DNA from: an uncultured Armatimonadetes bacterium
Lineage (GTDB): Bacteria > Armatimonadota > UBA5829 > DTJY01
Length of the DNA: 64,000 nt
Reading direction: 5' to 3'
NCBI GenBank assembly: GCA_963717145.1
Contig: OY970325.1
Location: 864,001-928,000, forward strand
Shown: one piece after another, positions 1 to 9,892 of the stretch
How the letters are laid out: each line of letters begins with the position of its first letter
Position numbering within the stretch: position 1 is the first letter of the stretch
Translations under genes and position numbers: made by a program
The notes under the pieces: model-generated
Databases searched by the model: none
The model's input: only the letters and a program-made list of their open reading frames with translations
Told to the model about the DNA's origin: nothing

Positions 1-62
1 GCGGAGAAGGGGAAGTGATTCAGTGAGCAGTGAACGGTGATCACTGATCACTGAGGATTACC

Positions 63-1378
63 ATGGAAACTCTGAACCCCATATTCTGGATACTCGGAAC
101 GCTGTTCTTCTACATAGCCGCGGGACTCCTGCTGGTCATATTGATCGAGGGCGGGAAGTACCGCAGCCCGTCCCTGATCGTGGCGTCCGTGGTCGCTCTC
201 GTGCCCGCGATCATCGCAGGCAGACTGATGTCGGCTCTCTCTCGACCCGATACTTCGCGATTGCTCTGATCGCGCTAGTCGCCCTGTTGGTCGTCTATGC
301 GCTCGGCCCGCGAAGGACGAAGGACTGGCGACGTATCAAGCGGCGCAAGGAAACCATGCGGAAGGTCACGTACCACCTCATCCTGCTCACCGGGTTGGCG
401 ATCTTCGTGGTGCCGTTCCTCTGGCTGGTGACGACCTCCGTCAAGGAAGAGGACCAGATGTTCAAGTACCCTCCGGTCTGGCTCCCGACCCAGCAGGTCC
501 AAGAGGTATTCGAAGGCACTCGGCGCGGCATCTCCACCATGACCATCGACGGGCAGACGGTCAAGGTCGCCGAAACTGCCGAACTTGAGGACGGACGAAA
601 GCGGGTCGAGATCATGCCCGGGCAGGTCGGTGAGGGGAAGACGATGCTGGTCGAGAGGTCTGAGCTGACGAAGATCCGGCGACTCGCCCCCAAGTGGGAG
701 AACTATACCGACGCCCTCGATTTTCTGCCAAAGGAGACTCACAAGGGCCTGCTCTACCTGTGGAACACGATCTACATCACGGCGCTGAGCATCCTCGGCA
801 CGGTGTTTTCCAGCTCGCTGGTGGCATACTCCTTCGCGAGACTGCGATGGCCGGGGAGGGATCAACTCTTCGTCGTGCTGCTGGGCACGATGATGCTTCC
901 CGGCGCGGTGACGATGATCCCCGTGTTCCTCGTCTTCCGCGCTTTGGGATGGGTCGATACGCTCAAGCCGTTGTGGGTGCCGGCGTTCTTCGGCGGCGCG
1001 TTCAGCGTCTTCCTGCTCCGGCAGTTCTTCATGACGATCCCGACCGACCTGGAGGACGCCGCGAAGATCGATGGCTGCAGCCTTTTCGGGATCTACTGGC
1101 GGATCATGCTTCCGCTGATCAAGCCCGCGCTGGCCGCGCTCACGATCATGACGTTCATGGGCTCCTGGAACAACTTCATGGGCCCGTTGATCTACATCAA
1201 CTCGCCGGAGAAGATGACGCTTGCCTACGGACTCCAGCTCTTCCAGGGGGCGCACAGCGCGGAGTACGGCCTGCTGATGGCCGCCTCGACGCTCGTGATG
1301 CTCCCTGTCCTGCTGGTGTTCTTCTTCACCCAGCGGTACTTCATTCAGGGGATAACTCTCACGGGGATCAAGGGCTGA
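63..1378 (+). CDS. Carbohydrate ABC transporter permease (MalG-like) with extra N-terminal TM helices; apparently one gene split by a frameshift near 235-245
   Basis: ORF 287..1378 has the EAA loop (DLEDAAKIDGCS) and MalG-type TM pattern. Hydrophobic ORF 63..269 has an RBS (GAGG). The downstream frame stays open upstream as LSTRYFAIALIALVALLVVY, joining at a CTCTCTCTC run. Confidence 0.8.
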
Positions 1379-1434
1379 GGCCAGATTGAGGCAACTCGGG
1401 TCAGGCGCAGAGCGTATATAATAGTGGAAATGCT

Positions 1435-1558
1435 CGTTCGGGCGGATTTGTAATCCAGCCCGCGTTGGCAATCTGGAGATCTGTGATTCCGCGAAGCTGG
1501 GATGGCATCACAGATGCCTGTTTGCCGCCGGGTGCTGGATTACAAATCCGCACCAACG
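1435..1558. repeat. REP-like inverted doublet (CGTT..GCGGATTTGTAATCCAGC..)
   Basis: 1435-1462 cgttcgggcggatttgtaatccagcccg versus the reverse complement of 1529-1558, cgttggtgcggatttgtaatccagcacccg. Confidence 0.75.
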
Positions 1559-1577
1559 ATCCGTCGCAGGAGGTAAT

Positions 1578-2384
1578 ATGAAAACCGATCGAATCGCACT
1601 CATCATCGTAATACTGGCCGTCTCGGCGACCGCGATGGCCGCTGAACCGGCCAAGGCGCCTGCGCCGTATACGGAGAAGATCGCCGGCACGCTCGTCAAG
1701 TTCGACATGGTACCGGTCCCCGCGGGCGAGATCACCGTCCCGGATCCCGCGAAGAAAGGCTCGACGAAGACCGTCAAGATCAAGCCGCTGTATGTGAGCA
1801 AGACCGAGGTTACATGGGACGAGTACGATGTGTTCGTCTACAAGTTCGACGAGCCGCAGTCGCCGTGCCCGGGCGGAGCGGATGCGGTTTCTCATCCGAG
1901 CAAGCCTTACGGAGCGGCGGATCGGGGCTACGGACACAAGGGCTATCCGGCGATCAACATGTCGTACTATGGCGCGGAGCAGTACTGCAAGTGGCTTTCG
2001 CTCAAGACCGCAAAGAAATACCGCCTGCCGACCGAGGCTGAGTGGGAATACGCCTGTCGAGCGGGGAAGCCTGAGCCGAGCGAGAAGGACCTCGCTTTGT
2101 GCGCCTGGTACTGGCAGGAAAAGACTCAGCCGGTAGGGAAAAAGAAACCGAATGCTTGCGGACTCTGCGACATTTACGGTAATGTGGCGGAGTGGTGCGT
2201 CGGACTCGACGGGAAACCGGTCGTCTGCGGCGGCGGCTTCGAGGATTTCGCGAAGGATGTTACCGCATCGAAGCGCAGGTACCAGCAGCCATCCTGGGCG
2301 GCGAATGATCCACAGGAACCGAAGAGCAAATGGTGGCTCTCCGACGCGCACTTCGTCGGCTTCCGGGTAGTCTGCGAGCAGTAG
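1578..2384 (+). CDS. Secreted formylglycine-generating enzyme (FGE/SUMF1)-like domain protein
   Basis: Signal peptide; motifs TEVTW, YRLPTEAEWEYACRAG, GLCDIYGNVAEWC and GFRVV; RBS AGGAGG. Confidence 0.9.
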   Translation: MKTDRIALIIVILAVSATAMAAEPAKAPAPYTEKIAGTLVKFDMVPVPAGEITVPDPAKKGSTKTVKIKPLYVSKTEVTWDEYDVFVYKFDEPQSPCPGGADAVSHPSKPYGAADRGYGHKGYPAINMSYYGAEQYCKWLSLKTAKKYRLPTEAEWEYACRAGKPEPSEKDLALCAWYWQEKTQPVGKKKPNACGLCDIYGNVAEWCVGLDGKPVVCGGGFEDFAKDVTASKRRYQQPSWAANDPQEPKSKWWLSDAHFVGFRVVCEQ

Positions 2385-2388
2385 AAAT

Positions 2389-2575
2389 CAGAACACAGAT
2401 CGCACAGATGGCGGAGGATGACACGGATAATGCTTTATCAGGAAACCAGGAATGAAGGAAGCCAGGAAGGGAATATGAATTCACCGTTTTCCGGTTCCTG
2501 GATTCCTGCTTTCCTGGCTTCCTGATACGAAGAATTCTGTACTATCTGTGTATCCATCTGTGTCTTCTGTGTTCC
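2389..2575. repeat. Nested low-complexity inverted repeat: outer ACACAGAT-type units, inner CAGGAA/TTCCTG units
   Basis: Outer arms are acacagatcgcacagatgg and ccatctgtgtcttctgtgttc; inner arms are atcaggaaaccaggaa and ttcctggcttcctgat. A similar element lies at 50560-50690. Confidence 0.7.
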
Positions 2576-2592
2576 AAAGCTTGTGAAAGGAT

Positions 2593-3795
2593 ATGGATAT
2601 GGAGAACGCTTCAGGGGTATTTGCTGCCGGATCAGATGAGATCCGGGTCGGAGTCATTGGGTCCGGCGGCCGAGGAACAGGCGCGGCCGTTGACTGCATC
2701 AAGAGCGCTCCCGGCGTGAGGATCGTCGCAATGGGCGACCTCGTTCAGGACAGGGTCGAGGGCAGCCGCGACAGGTTGATGGCCAACGAGGAGATCAAGG
2801 CCAATGTCGATGTCCCGAGCGACCGAGTGTTCTGGGGCTTCGACAACTACAAGAAGGTGCTCGACTGCGACATCAATATGGTCATCCTGGCCGAGCCGCC
2901 CGGTTTTCGTCCGACTTCCTTTGCGGCTGCGGTCGATGCAGGGAAGCACGTCTTCATGGAGAAACCGGTCGCGGTCGATGCCCCCGGCGTGAGGGCGATC
3001 CTTCTGGCAGGGATGACCGCGAGGCAGAAGAAGCTGGGCGTCGTCACAGGCACGATCAAGCGTCACCAGGCGAACTACGTGGAGACCGTGAAGCGGATCC
3101 ACGAGGGCGCGGTCGGCGAGATCCTCTCCGCTCAATGCTACTTCAACACCGGTGAGCTGTGGAATCACGGCCGGAAGCCCGAGTGGTCGGACATGGAGTG
3201 GCAGTGCAGGAACTGGCTCTATTTCACCTGGCTTTCGGGCGATCACATTGTCGAGCAGCACGTTCACAACCTCGATGTCATCAACTGGGCGATGAGGGCT
3301 CATCCCGTGAAGTGCGTGGCAATGGGCGGCCGGCAGGTCCGGACCGATCCGGCATACGGCCACATCTTCGACCACTTCACGGTGGAGTACGAATACCCCA
3401 ATGGCGCGCGGATGATGAGCATGTGCCGCCAGACCGACGGATGCGCCAATAACGTCTCCGAGCGAGTCGTCGGCGCGAAGGGGTGGTCAAACTGCTCCGG
3501 GATCATCCAGGGCGAGAACGAGTGGAAGTTCGAGGGCGAGGCTCCGAGCCCGTATGTTCAGGAGCACACCGATCTGATCAACAGCATCCGTGAGGGCGAC
3601 CCTCTGAACGAGGCGAGGCAGATCGCGCACAGCAGCCTGACCGCCATCATGGGCCGCATGTCGGCGTACACCGGCCAGGAGATCACCTGGGACCAGGCGC
3701 TCAATTCGCAGGAGAACCTGATGCCCGAGAAGCTCGAATTCGGGCCGCTCCCGGTTGCGCCGGTGGCCGTTCCGGGCAAGACACCGTTTATCTAG
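2593..3795 (+). CDS. Gfo/Idh/MocA family NAD(P)-dependent oxidoreductase (no Tat signal)
   Basis: VGVIGSGGRG Rossmann motif, HVFMEKP, EQHVHNLD. Confidence 0.93.
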   Translation: MDMENASGVFAAGSDEIRVGVIGSGGRGTGAAVDCIKSAPGVRIVAMGDLVQDRVEGSRDRLMANEEIKANVDVPSDRVFWGFDNYKKVLDCDINMVILAEPPGFRPTSFAAAVDAGKHVFMEKPVAVDAPGVRAILLAGMTARQKKLGVVTGTIKRHQANYVETVKRIHEGAVGEILSAQCYFNTGELWNHGRKPEWSDMEWQCRNWLYFTWLSGDHIVEQHVHNLDVINWAMRAHPVKCVAMGGRQVRTDPAYGHIFDHFTVEYEYPNGARMMSMCRQTDGCANNVSERVVGAKGWSNCSGIIQGENEWKFEGEAPSPYVQEHTDLINSIREGDPLNEARQIAHSSLTAIMGRMSAYTGQEITWDQALNSQENLMPEKLEFGPLPVAPVAVPGKTPFI

Positions 3796-3868
3796 TTATC
3801 AGTCGTCAGTTATCAGTCATCAGTCGGCGAAGCCCTTACTGTGAACTGACAACTGATAACTGAAAACT
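3796..3868. repeat. Short tandem heptamer repeats in inverted arrangement (TCAGTTA / AACTGAT type); related tracts at 20-54, 5173-5233 and 6133-6171
   Basis: ttatcagtcgtcagttatcagtcatcagt ... aactgacaactgataactgaaaactg. Confidence 0.75.
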
Positions 3869-3888
3869 GTTTGCGAAAGGACAGGTAG

Positions 3889-5172
3889 ATGGAGAGACAA
3901 GACAAGGCAATATCTCGGAGGGATTTTCTTAGGTCATCGGTGGCTTCGGCCGCGCTGCTGACGGCGGGCGCGCTCCCGATCGGACAGGGCGCGTGGGCCA
4001 CCGGATCCGATGTCATCAAGGTCGGCGTGATCGGCTGTGGCGGACGAGGGAACGGCGCGGCCCACGACTGCATCGCAAGCTCCGAAGGCGTGAAGATCGT
4101 ACGCGCTCGGCGACCTCTTCCAGGACCGGCTCGATGGCTGCTACAACGGTCTCACCGGCGACGCGAACCTCAAGGACAGGGTCGATCTCAGCCGCGAGCG
4201 GTGTTTCACCGGCTTCGACGCCTACCAGAAGGTCATCGACAGCGGTGTTGACATGGTGATCCTCGCCACGCCACCGGGATTCCGTCCCGCGCACTTCCAA
4301 GGCTGCGATCAAGGCAGGCAAGCACGTGTTCATGGAGAAGCCGGTCGCGGTCGATGCGCCGGGAGTCCGAACGATCCTGCAGTCCGGCATGCTGGCACGC
4401 GCGAAGAAGCTCGGGGTCGTCGCCGGGACTCAGCGCGACACCAGTTTCCTTACGTCGAGACGATCAAGCGGATCCACGACGGCGCTATCGGCGACATCGT
4501 CGTCGGCCCAGTGCTACTGGAACCAGGGCGGGCTGTGGAATCACGGGCGCAAGCCGGAGTGGACGGATATGGAGTGGCAGATCCGCAACTGGCTCTATTT
4601 CACATGGCTCTCGGGCGACCACATCTGCGAGCAGCACGTCCACAACATCGACGTGATCAACTGGGCGGTCGGCGATCACCCGATCAAGTGCGTCGGCATG
4701 GGCGGCCGGCAGGTCCGGACCGATCCGGCATACGGCCACGTCTTCGATCACTTCGCAGTCGAGTACTTCTACGAGAAGGGCGCGCGCCTGATGAGCATGT
4801 GCCGCCAGATCGACGGATGCGCGAGTAACGTCTCCGAGCGAGTGGTCGGCACGAAGGGCTCGTCGAACTGCGCCGGGTGGATCGACGGCGAAACCAAGTG
4901 GAAGTACGAAGGCCCGAGCCCGAGTCCAACCGTGCAGGAGCACGCTGATCTGATCGCGAGCATCCGAGCAGGCAGGCCGCTGAACGAGGCGAAGCGGATC
5001 GCGGAGAGCGTCCTGACCGCGATCATGGGCCGAATGTCCGCGTACACCGGCCAGGAGATCACCTGGGAGCAGGCGCTCAATTCGCAGGAGAACCTGATGC
5101 CCGCCAAGCTCGAGTTCGGCCCGCTTCCCGTCGCGCCGGTGGCGGTGCCCGGGCAAGACACCGTTTATCTAG
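3889..5172 (+). CDS. Tat-exported Gfo/Idh/MocA oxidoreductase, paralogue of 2593..3795; several frameshifts (probably sequencing errors)
   Basis: SRRDFL Tat motif and VGVIGCGGRG. Homology to the upstream paralogue continues across ORFs 3889, 4253 and 4326 and ends in the same GKTPFI* tail at 5172. Confidence 0.85.
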
Positions 5173-5250
5173 TTCTCAGTCGTCAGTTGTCAGTCCGGAA
5201 AGGCCCGACCGATAACTGATGACTGAAAACTGAAGACTCCGGAGGATATT

Positions 5251-6129
5251 ATGAAAATGAACCGACGCGAACTGCTTATCAGCGGCACACTTAGTGGAGT
5301 CGCGCTGTCCGCCGGTCTGCCGGTCGGTGGCGCAGAGAAGAAGCCGTCCGCCAAGCTCAGGATATCGAGCCAGGAGCGGATCGTTCCCGGCAAGGACCTC
5401 CCAGAGATCCTCGCCAAGATGGACAAGTGGGGCATCGAGGGCATCGAACTCGGCGGCCGTGGACTCGCCGGGCGTGTCCCCGAGATCAAGGCAGCGCTCG
5501 CCAACTCGAACGTCAAGGTGAGCGCGATCTGCGCCGGATTCGATGGGGCGCTTTCGAGCGATCAGGAATCCGAGCGCGCGAAGTGCGTGTCGTCGATGAA
5601 GGACATCCTTGTCGCCGCCGGCGAGCTTCAATCGACCGGACTGATCTTCGTCCCGGCATTCAATGGCCAGACGAAGCTGAACCACGTCGACGCGCGGAAG
5701 GTGCTCCTCGATCAGCTTCCCGAGCTGGCGGAATATGCCGTCAAGTGCGGCACTACGGTCCTGCTCGAGCCGCTGAACCGCAATGAGACGTGGCTCGTGC
5801 GAATGCTCTCCGATGCGGCCTCGATCTGCCGGGATGCGAACAATCCCGGCGCGTGCGTGATGGGCGACTTCTACCACATGTACATCGAGGAGACGAGCGA
5901 CATGGGCGCGTTCATCTCCGCCGGTCCGATGCTCCATCACGTGCACCTGGCATCGATCAAGCGCAACCTTCCCGGCCAGGACGAGCGCGACTACACGAAC
6001 GGCTTCAAGGGCCTGAAGATGATCGGCTACCAGGACTTCTGCAGCTTCGAGTGCGGAGTCATCGGAGACCGTGATGTCGAGATCCCCAAGTGCGTGAAGT
6101 TCCTGAAGAAGCAGTGGGACAAGGCGTGA
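5251..6129 (+). CDS. Tat-exported sugar phosphate isomerase/epimerase (xylose-isomerase-like TIM barrel)
   Basis: NRRELL Tat motif; LLEPLNRNE, DFYHM, HVHLA and SFEC metal-binding motifs. Confidence 0.88.
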   Translation: MKMNRRELLISGTLSGVALSAGLPVGGAEKKPSAKLRISSQERIVPGKDLPEILAKMDKWGIEGIELGGRGLAGRVPEIKAALANSNVKVSAICAGFDGALSSDQESERAKCVSSMKDILVAAGELQSTGLIFVPAFNGQTKLNHVDARKVLLDQLPELAEYAVKCGTTVLLEPLNRNETWLVRMLSDAASICRDANNPGACVMGDFYHMYIEETSDMGAFISAGPMLHHVHLASIKRNLPGQDERDYTNGFKGLKMIGYQDFCSFECGVIGDRDVEIPKCVKFLKKQWDKA

Positions 6130-6220
6130 AGCCAGTGAACGGTGAACTGTGAGCAGTGAACGGTGGACAGTGGGCGGGTCGAGCGGCTCGCCCATTGTTA
6201 CGAGTCAGACAGGTGGGAGC

Positions 6221-7018
6221 ATGCTTATCCAATCTCACAGAGGCGCGGGCAATCTTGGGCCGGAGAATACCCTCGAATCGTTCGAACTCGGCTGGCGGAT
6301 GGGGTTCGTCCCGGAGGCCGATGTCCGCGTCACGAAGGACGGCGTCCCGGTCGCCTTTCACGACAACGACTTCACGCGGCTTGCGCCCGACGCACCCGAG
6401 GAGATACGTGGTCTGAGCATCGCGGATGTGACCTGGGATCAGATCCGCCCGCTCGATGTCGGCTCATACAAGGGGAGCGAGTTCGTCGGCCAGCGCATTC
6501 CGAAGATCAGCGATGTGTTCGAGGCGTTGAGGGCACACCCGGACGGGCTGATGTACCTCGACTTCAAGAACATCTCACTCCCGGACCTGGCATCGCTTGC
6601 CCGCGAGCATGGTGTCATCCATCAGACCATCCTCGCGTCCACAAACTACCAGCATCTTCTGGAGTGGTCCGACATCGCGCCGGAGAGTGCCACCCTTCGC
6701 TGGATGGGCGGCACTGAGGAGAGCCTTCGCGAACGCATGGAAGGGCTCAGAGAGTCCGGCTTCAGGGGTCTCAGCCAGCTCCAGATCCATGTGAATCTGA
6801 TCGCCGAGCTGTCCGCCGATGAGCCGTTCGGCCCATCGTCACAGTTCCTGCGTGAGGTCGGCGAGGAGATCAGGCCGCGCGGAATCCTGTTCCAGTCGCT
6901 CCCGTGGAGGGTCGCCGACGTGGCGGTCTACCACCGGCTTATGGACCTCGGCGTCGAGTCATTCGCGTCCGACGATCCGCAGGTCGCACTGGAAGCAGCG
7001 CGGACCTACAAGGGGTAG
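6221..7018 (+). CDS. Glycerophosphodiester phosphodiesterase family protein
   Basis: SHRGAG..PENTLESF, EADVRVTKDG..VAFHD. Confidence 0.9.
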   Translation: MLIQSHRGAGNLGPENTLESFELGWRMGFVPEADVRVTKDGVPVAFHDNDFTRLAPDAPEEIRGLSIADVTWDQIRPLDVGSYKGSEFVGQRIPKISDVFEALRAHPDGLMYLDFKNISLPDLASLAREHGVIHQTILASTNYQHLLEWSDIAPESATLRWMGGTEESLRERMEGLRESGFRGLSQLQIHVNLIAELSADEPFGPSSQFLREVGEEIRPRGILFQSLPWRVADVAVYHRLMDLGVESFASDDPQVALEAARTYKG

Positions 7019-7021
7019 CCG

Positions 7022-7927
7022 TTGATCGCCCGCGCGCTTCTCATGATTCTGATCCTTGCCTCCACCGCTCACTCGGCTCCTCAGCGCTTCGAGTACTCCG
7101 AGATGGCGATGGGCGTTCGGGCGCGGATCGTGATCTATGCGCCCGATGAGCACCATGCCCAGGGTGCCGCACGCGCCGCCTTCGACCGGATTGCCTTCCT
7201 CGAACAGGTCATGAGCGACTACCGCCCGGACAGCGAGATCAACCGGCTCTCCGCCGAGCCGGTTCGAGTCAGCCCCGAGTTGTACTACATCCTCCGCAAG
7301 TCACAGGACCTCTCCCGCCGCTCCGACGGCGCATTCGATGTCACCGTCGGCCCTTTGATCAAGCTTTGGAGGACTGCCCGCAAGACCGGCGTCCTTCCCA
7401 CCTCCAACGAGATCGAAGCTGCCAGAAAGCTCGTCGGATGGCGGAAGGTGATCATCGACCCGAGGAGGCATACGGTGGCTTTGCACTCCAAGATGCAGCT
7501 CGACCTCGGGGGGATCGCCAAGGGGTATGCCTGTGACGAGGCGATTCGCGTCCTCAAGGAGCACGGAATCACCAACGCATTGGTCGAGATGGGCGGGGAC
7601 ATCGTCGTCAGCGGCCCTCCACCCGGCAAGTCCGGCTGGGAAGTGTCTCTTGTGGGAGGCGACTCCAGTCGGCGAACTCCCCTCTCGAACGTCGCCATCT
7701 CCTCGTCCGGCGACACCGAGCAGTTCGTCGTGATCGGCGGGAAGCGCTATTCCCACATCGTGGATCCGCGAACCGGCCTCGGACTGACCGACCGAATCGC
7801 GGTGACCGTCATCGCGCCGACCGGCGTGCTCTCCGATGGCCTTTCGACCGCCCTGAGCGTCCTCGGACCCGAGAAGGGCAGGGCACTCCTCGGACAGTAC
7901 CCGCGCGTCAAGGCCGTCATCCGCTAG
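7022..7927 (+). CDS. apbE: FAD:protein FMN transferase (flavin transferase)
   Basis: AMG, FDVTVGPL, DLGGIAKGYA, GGDI, SSSGD..YSHIVDPRTG, DGLSTAL. Confidence 0.93.
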   Translation: MIARALLMILILASTAHSAPQRFEYSEMAMGVRARIVIYAPDEHHAQGAARAAFDRIAFLEQVMSDYRPDSEINRLSAEPVRVSPELYYILRKSQDLSRRSDGAFDVTVGPLIKLWRTARKTGVLPTSNEIEAARKLVGWRKVIIDPRRHTVALHSKMQLDLGGIAKGYACDEAIRVLKEHGITNALVEMGGDIVVSGPPPGKSGWEVSLVGGDSSRRTPLSNVAISSSGDTEQFVVIGGKRYSHIVDPRTGLGLTDRIAVTVIAPTGVLSDGLSTALSVLGPEKGRALLGQYPRVKAVIR

Positions 7928-8066
7928 GCAATGTAGGGAACGGCCGCCGTCCCGTTCCGTGGGTGTAAGTCTCCGCCAACACCAGCAGAACGGGACAGCG
8001 GCCGTTCCCTACATTGCGAGAGCGGGCGTTCACCACCGCGGGCGGGCGTTGAAGCCCGCCCCTACG
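7928..8066. repeat. GTAG-family REP doublet (REPIN-like) plus a further GTAG REP overlapping the ECF stop codon
   Basis: 7928-7957 and 7988-8017 form a 30-bp inverted repeat with one mismatch (gcaatgtagggaacggccgc.gtcccgttc). The reverse complement of 8041-8065 is gtaggggcgggcttcaacgcccgccc. Related copies lie at 21433 and 23917. Confidence 0.8.
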
Positions 8067-9798
8067 GCTTCAGCCGGATGATCGCATGGCGGACGTCGTC
8101 TTCCTCAAGGCCCGGCGTGTGCAGGTGGAGTGTGTCCTCCTTGCCGGGATTCACCGCCAGGATGTTGGCTCCTGCGGAGAAGGGGTGCGTTCCGGGGGTT
8201 AGGACGGATAGGTGCGTGATGAAACCCCAAAACTCGCCGCTGTTCCCAAGGTAGAGAGTCGGCACAATCGGTTCTGAGAGTGTGTACTCGCCCGAGACGA
8301 TGTAGACCTCACCGGGCCCGAGGACGTTCGATGTCCCCAGCACCTCCGATACCTTCACCTGGAGCGCTGTTGCGTATTTGGCAGGCCGGTCCCCTTCCTC
8401 GACTGAGAACTGGATCGGCCTAAACTCCCTTATCGGGACCTGTGTTGTCGGACGACCGGGACAGGTTTCCCATGCACGCGACTTCAGGTTCAGCTTTGGG
8501 ACATATTGAAGGCGCGTAAACTTGAACCCCACTGCCTTGAGCACCGAGATCACCCGTTGATCACGAGGGTAGTTCGGCTGGAGCTGATCCTTCACGACTC
8601 TCTTGAGGCCGAGCGATTTCAGTCGCCTCAACGCCGACGCCAGCACGTGCCTGAGCGCATCAGAAGCGTCATCTTCCATGACATACCAGAGGATACCCGA
8701 ATCGGTCTCATACTTAGGGTTCTCCCACAACGCCTGGTATGAGGCCAAGAGCGCCACCACCCGGCCGTCTCGATAGGCAACGAACGATGCCTCCGGGACC
8801 CTATCCGGGGCTCTCTGCTGCTCGCGGATGATGTCTTCAGTTATCATCGCGGGTCCCTCCTTGAGGATAGTCGCCTCAAACAACGCCAGGAGTGCCTTCG
8901 GATCCGCCTCCGAGAAGCCTCGAATCTCGATGCCAGGATCGAGCGGCGGAACGGCGGGTAGTCTACCGGTGAGCGACCGCTCGTACCAGTGAAGCTCGAG
9001 TTCGACCTGGAATCCGATGCCCTTCAGCATCTCGATCGCCGGGCTGCCCTCGGGTATGTGCGGCGGCGCGATGAGCCACGAGTAGCCTTCCTCCGCAAGC
9101 TCGGACGCGATTCGGCAGATCGCCTCCTGTGTCTGAGCGGTGTACTCCATCCTGCCCGGGATGATGTACGCCAGACTCGCGAATCCATGCTCCTTGTCCT
9201 TCTCCAGCGCCATCCTCACCAAACTCTCGCTGAACTCGATACCAGGCGCCTCGGACTTCAGTGTGCTCTCTACCATCTGCTGCATCTCCTCTCTCAGGCG
9301 GCCCCGCGCGCGATGGATCCGGCTCTTGATCGAGGACGTTGTAGCCCCGAGCATCGAGCCAACCTCATCGTGCGAGTAGCCGTTGACGTAGTGGAGGATG
9401 AGCGCTAGGCGGTCGGACTCCTGCAGGATTTCGAGTGCTTCGCGCACCTGTCGGGCCTTCTCGGTCCGCTCGGCGGACTCAGCCGGACTCGGCGTAGTGT
9501 CGGGACACTCGTCGGCTGCTTCGAGAGAAAGCGCAGGTCGGCGGCGTCGAAGCAGACCGAGTGCTGTGGTGGTGGCGATCTGGTAAAGCCAGTGCCCGAA
9601 CTTCGACGGCTCGCGCAGGCGTCCGAGATCGGTGTACGCCGTAATCAGCGCTTCCTGAGCCGCATCACGTGCGGCCTCGAAGTCGCCAAGTCGGTGAAAA
9701 GCGATCCCGAATGCCGCGTCCCGATATCGGCGGACCAGCTCTCCGAACGCCGATTGATCGCCGTTCAGTGTGGCTTGTACAAGTTGCGCATCGTCCAT
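8062..9798 (-). CDS. ECF sigma-70 factor with ~390-aa C-terminal extension (GNAT-like folds)
   Basis: Region 2 (AFGELVRRY..DAAQEAL..FGHWLYQIA) and region 4 (ALILHYVNGYSHDEVGSMLG..IKSRIHRAR). GGAGG RBS lies before the ATG at 9798. The GNAT call is from pattern only. Confidence 0.85.
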   Translation of the reverse strand: MDDAQLVQATLNGDQSAFGELVRRYRDAAFGIAFHRLGDFEAARDAAQEALITAYTDLGRLREPSKFGHWLYQIATTTALGLLRRRRPALSLEAADECPDTTPSPAESAERTEKARQVREALEILQESDRLALILHYVNGYSHDEVGSMLGATTSSIKSRIHRARGRLREEMQQMVESTLKSEAPGIEFSESLVRMALEKDKEHGFASLAYIIPGRMEYTAQTQEAICRIASELAEEGYSWLIAPPHIPEGSPAIEMLKGIGFQVELELHWYERSLTGRLPAVPPLDPGIEIRGFSEADPKALLALFEATILKEGPAMITEDIIREQQRAPDRVPEASFVAYRDGRVVALLASYQALWENPKYETDSGILWYVMEDDASDALRHVLASALRRLKSLGLKRVVKDQLQPNYPRDQRVISVLKAVGFKFTRLQYVPKLNLKSRAWETCPGRPTTQVPIREFRPIQFSVEEGDRPAKYATALQVKVSEVLGTSNVLGPGEVYIVSGEYTLSEPIVPTLYLGNSGEFWGFITHLSVLTPGTHPFSAGANILAVNPGKEDTLHLHTPGLEEDDVRHAIIRLKP

Positions 9799-9853
9799 CT
9801 GGTCATCCTCCACCGGTAACGTTGCATCTCGGACGCCAAAAGTTGCAGAGGAG

Positions 9854-9880
9854 TGTCATTCTGAGCGGAGCGAAGAATCT
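9854..9880. repeat. TGTCATTCTGAGCGGAGCGAAGAATCT-type intergenic repeat; partial inverse copy at 27907-27919
   Basis: tgtcattctgagcggagcgaagaatct; gctcagaatgaca at 27907. Confidence 0.55.
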
Positions 9881-9892
9881 GGTCTGCTGCGG

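Noticed and set aside
9814..9847. Autoregulatory ECF promoter (TGCAAC..CGTTA on the minus strand)
   Set aside because: The GCAAC-to-CGTT spacing of about 20 nt is longer than typical ECF promoters, so it cannot be supported.
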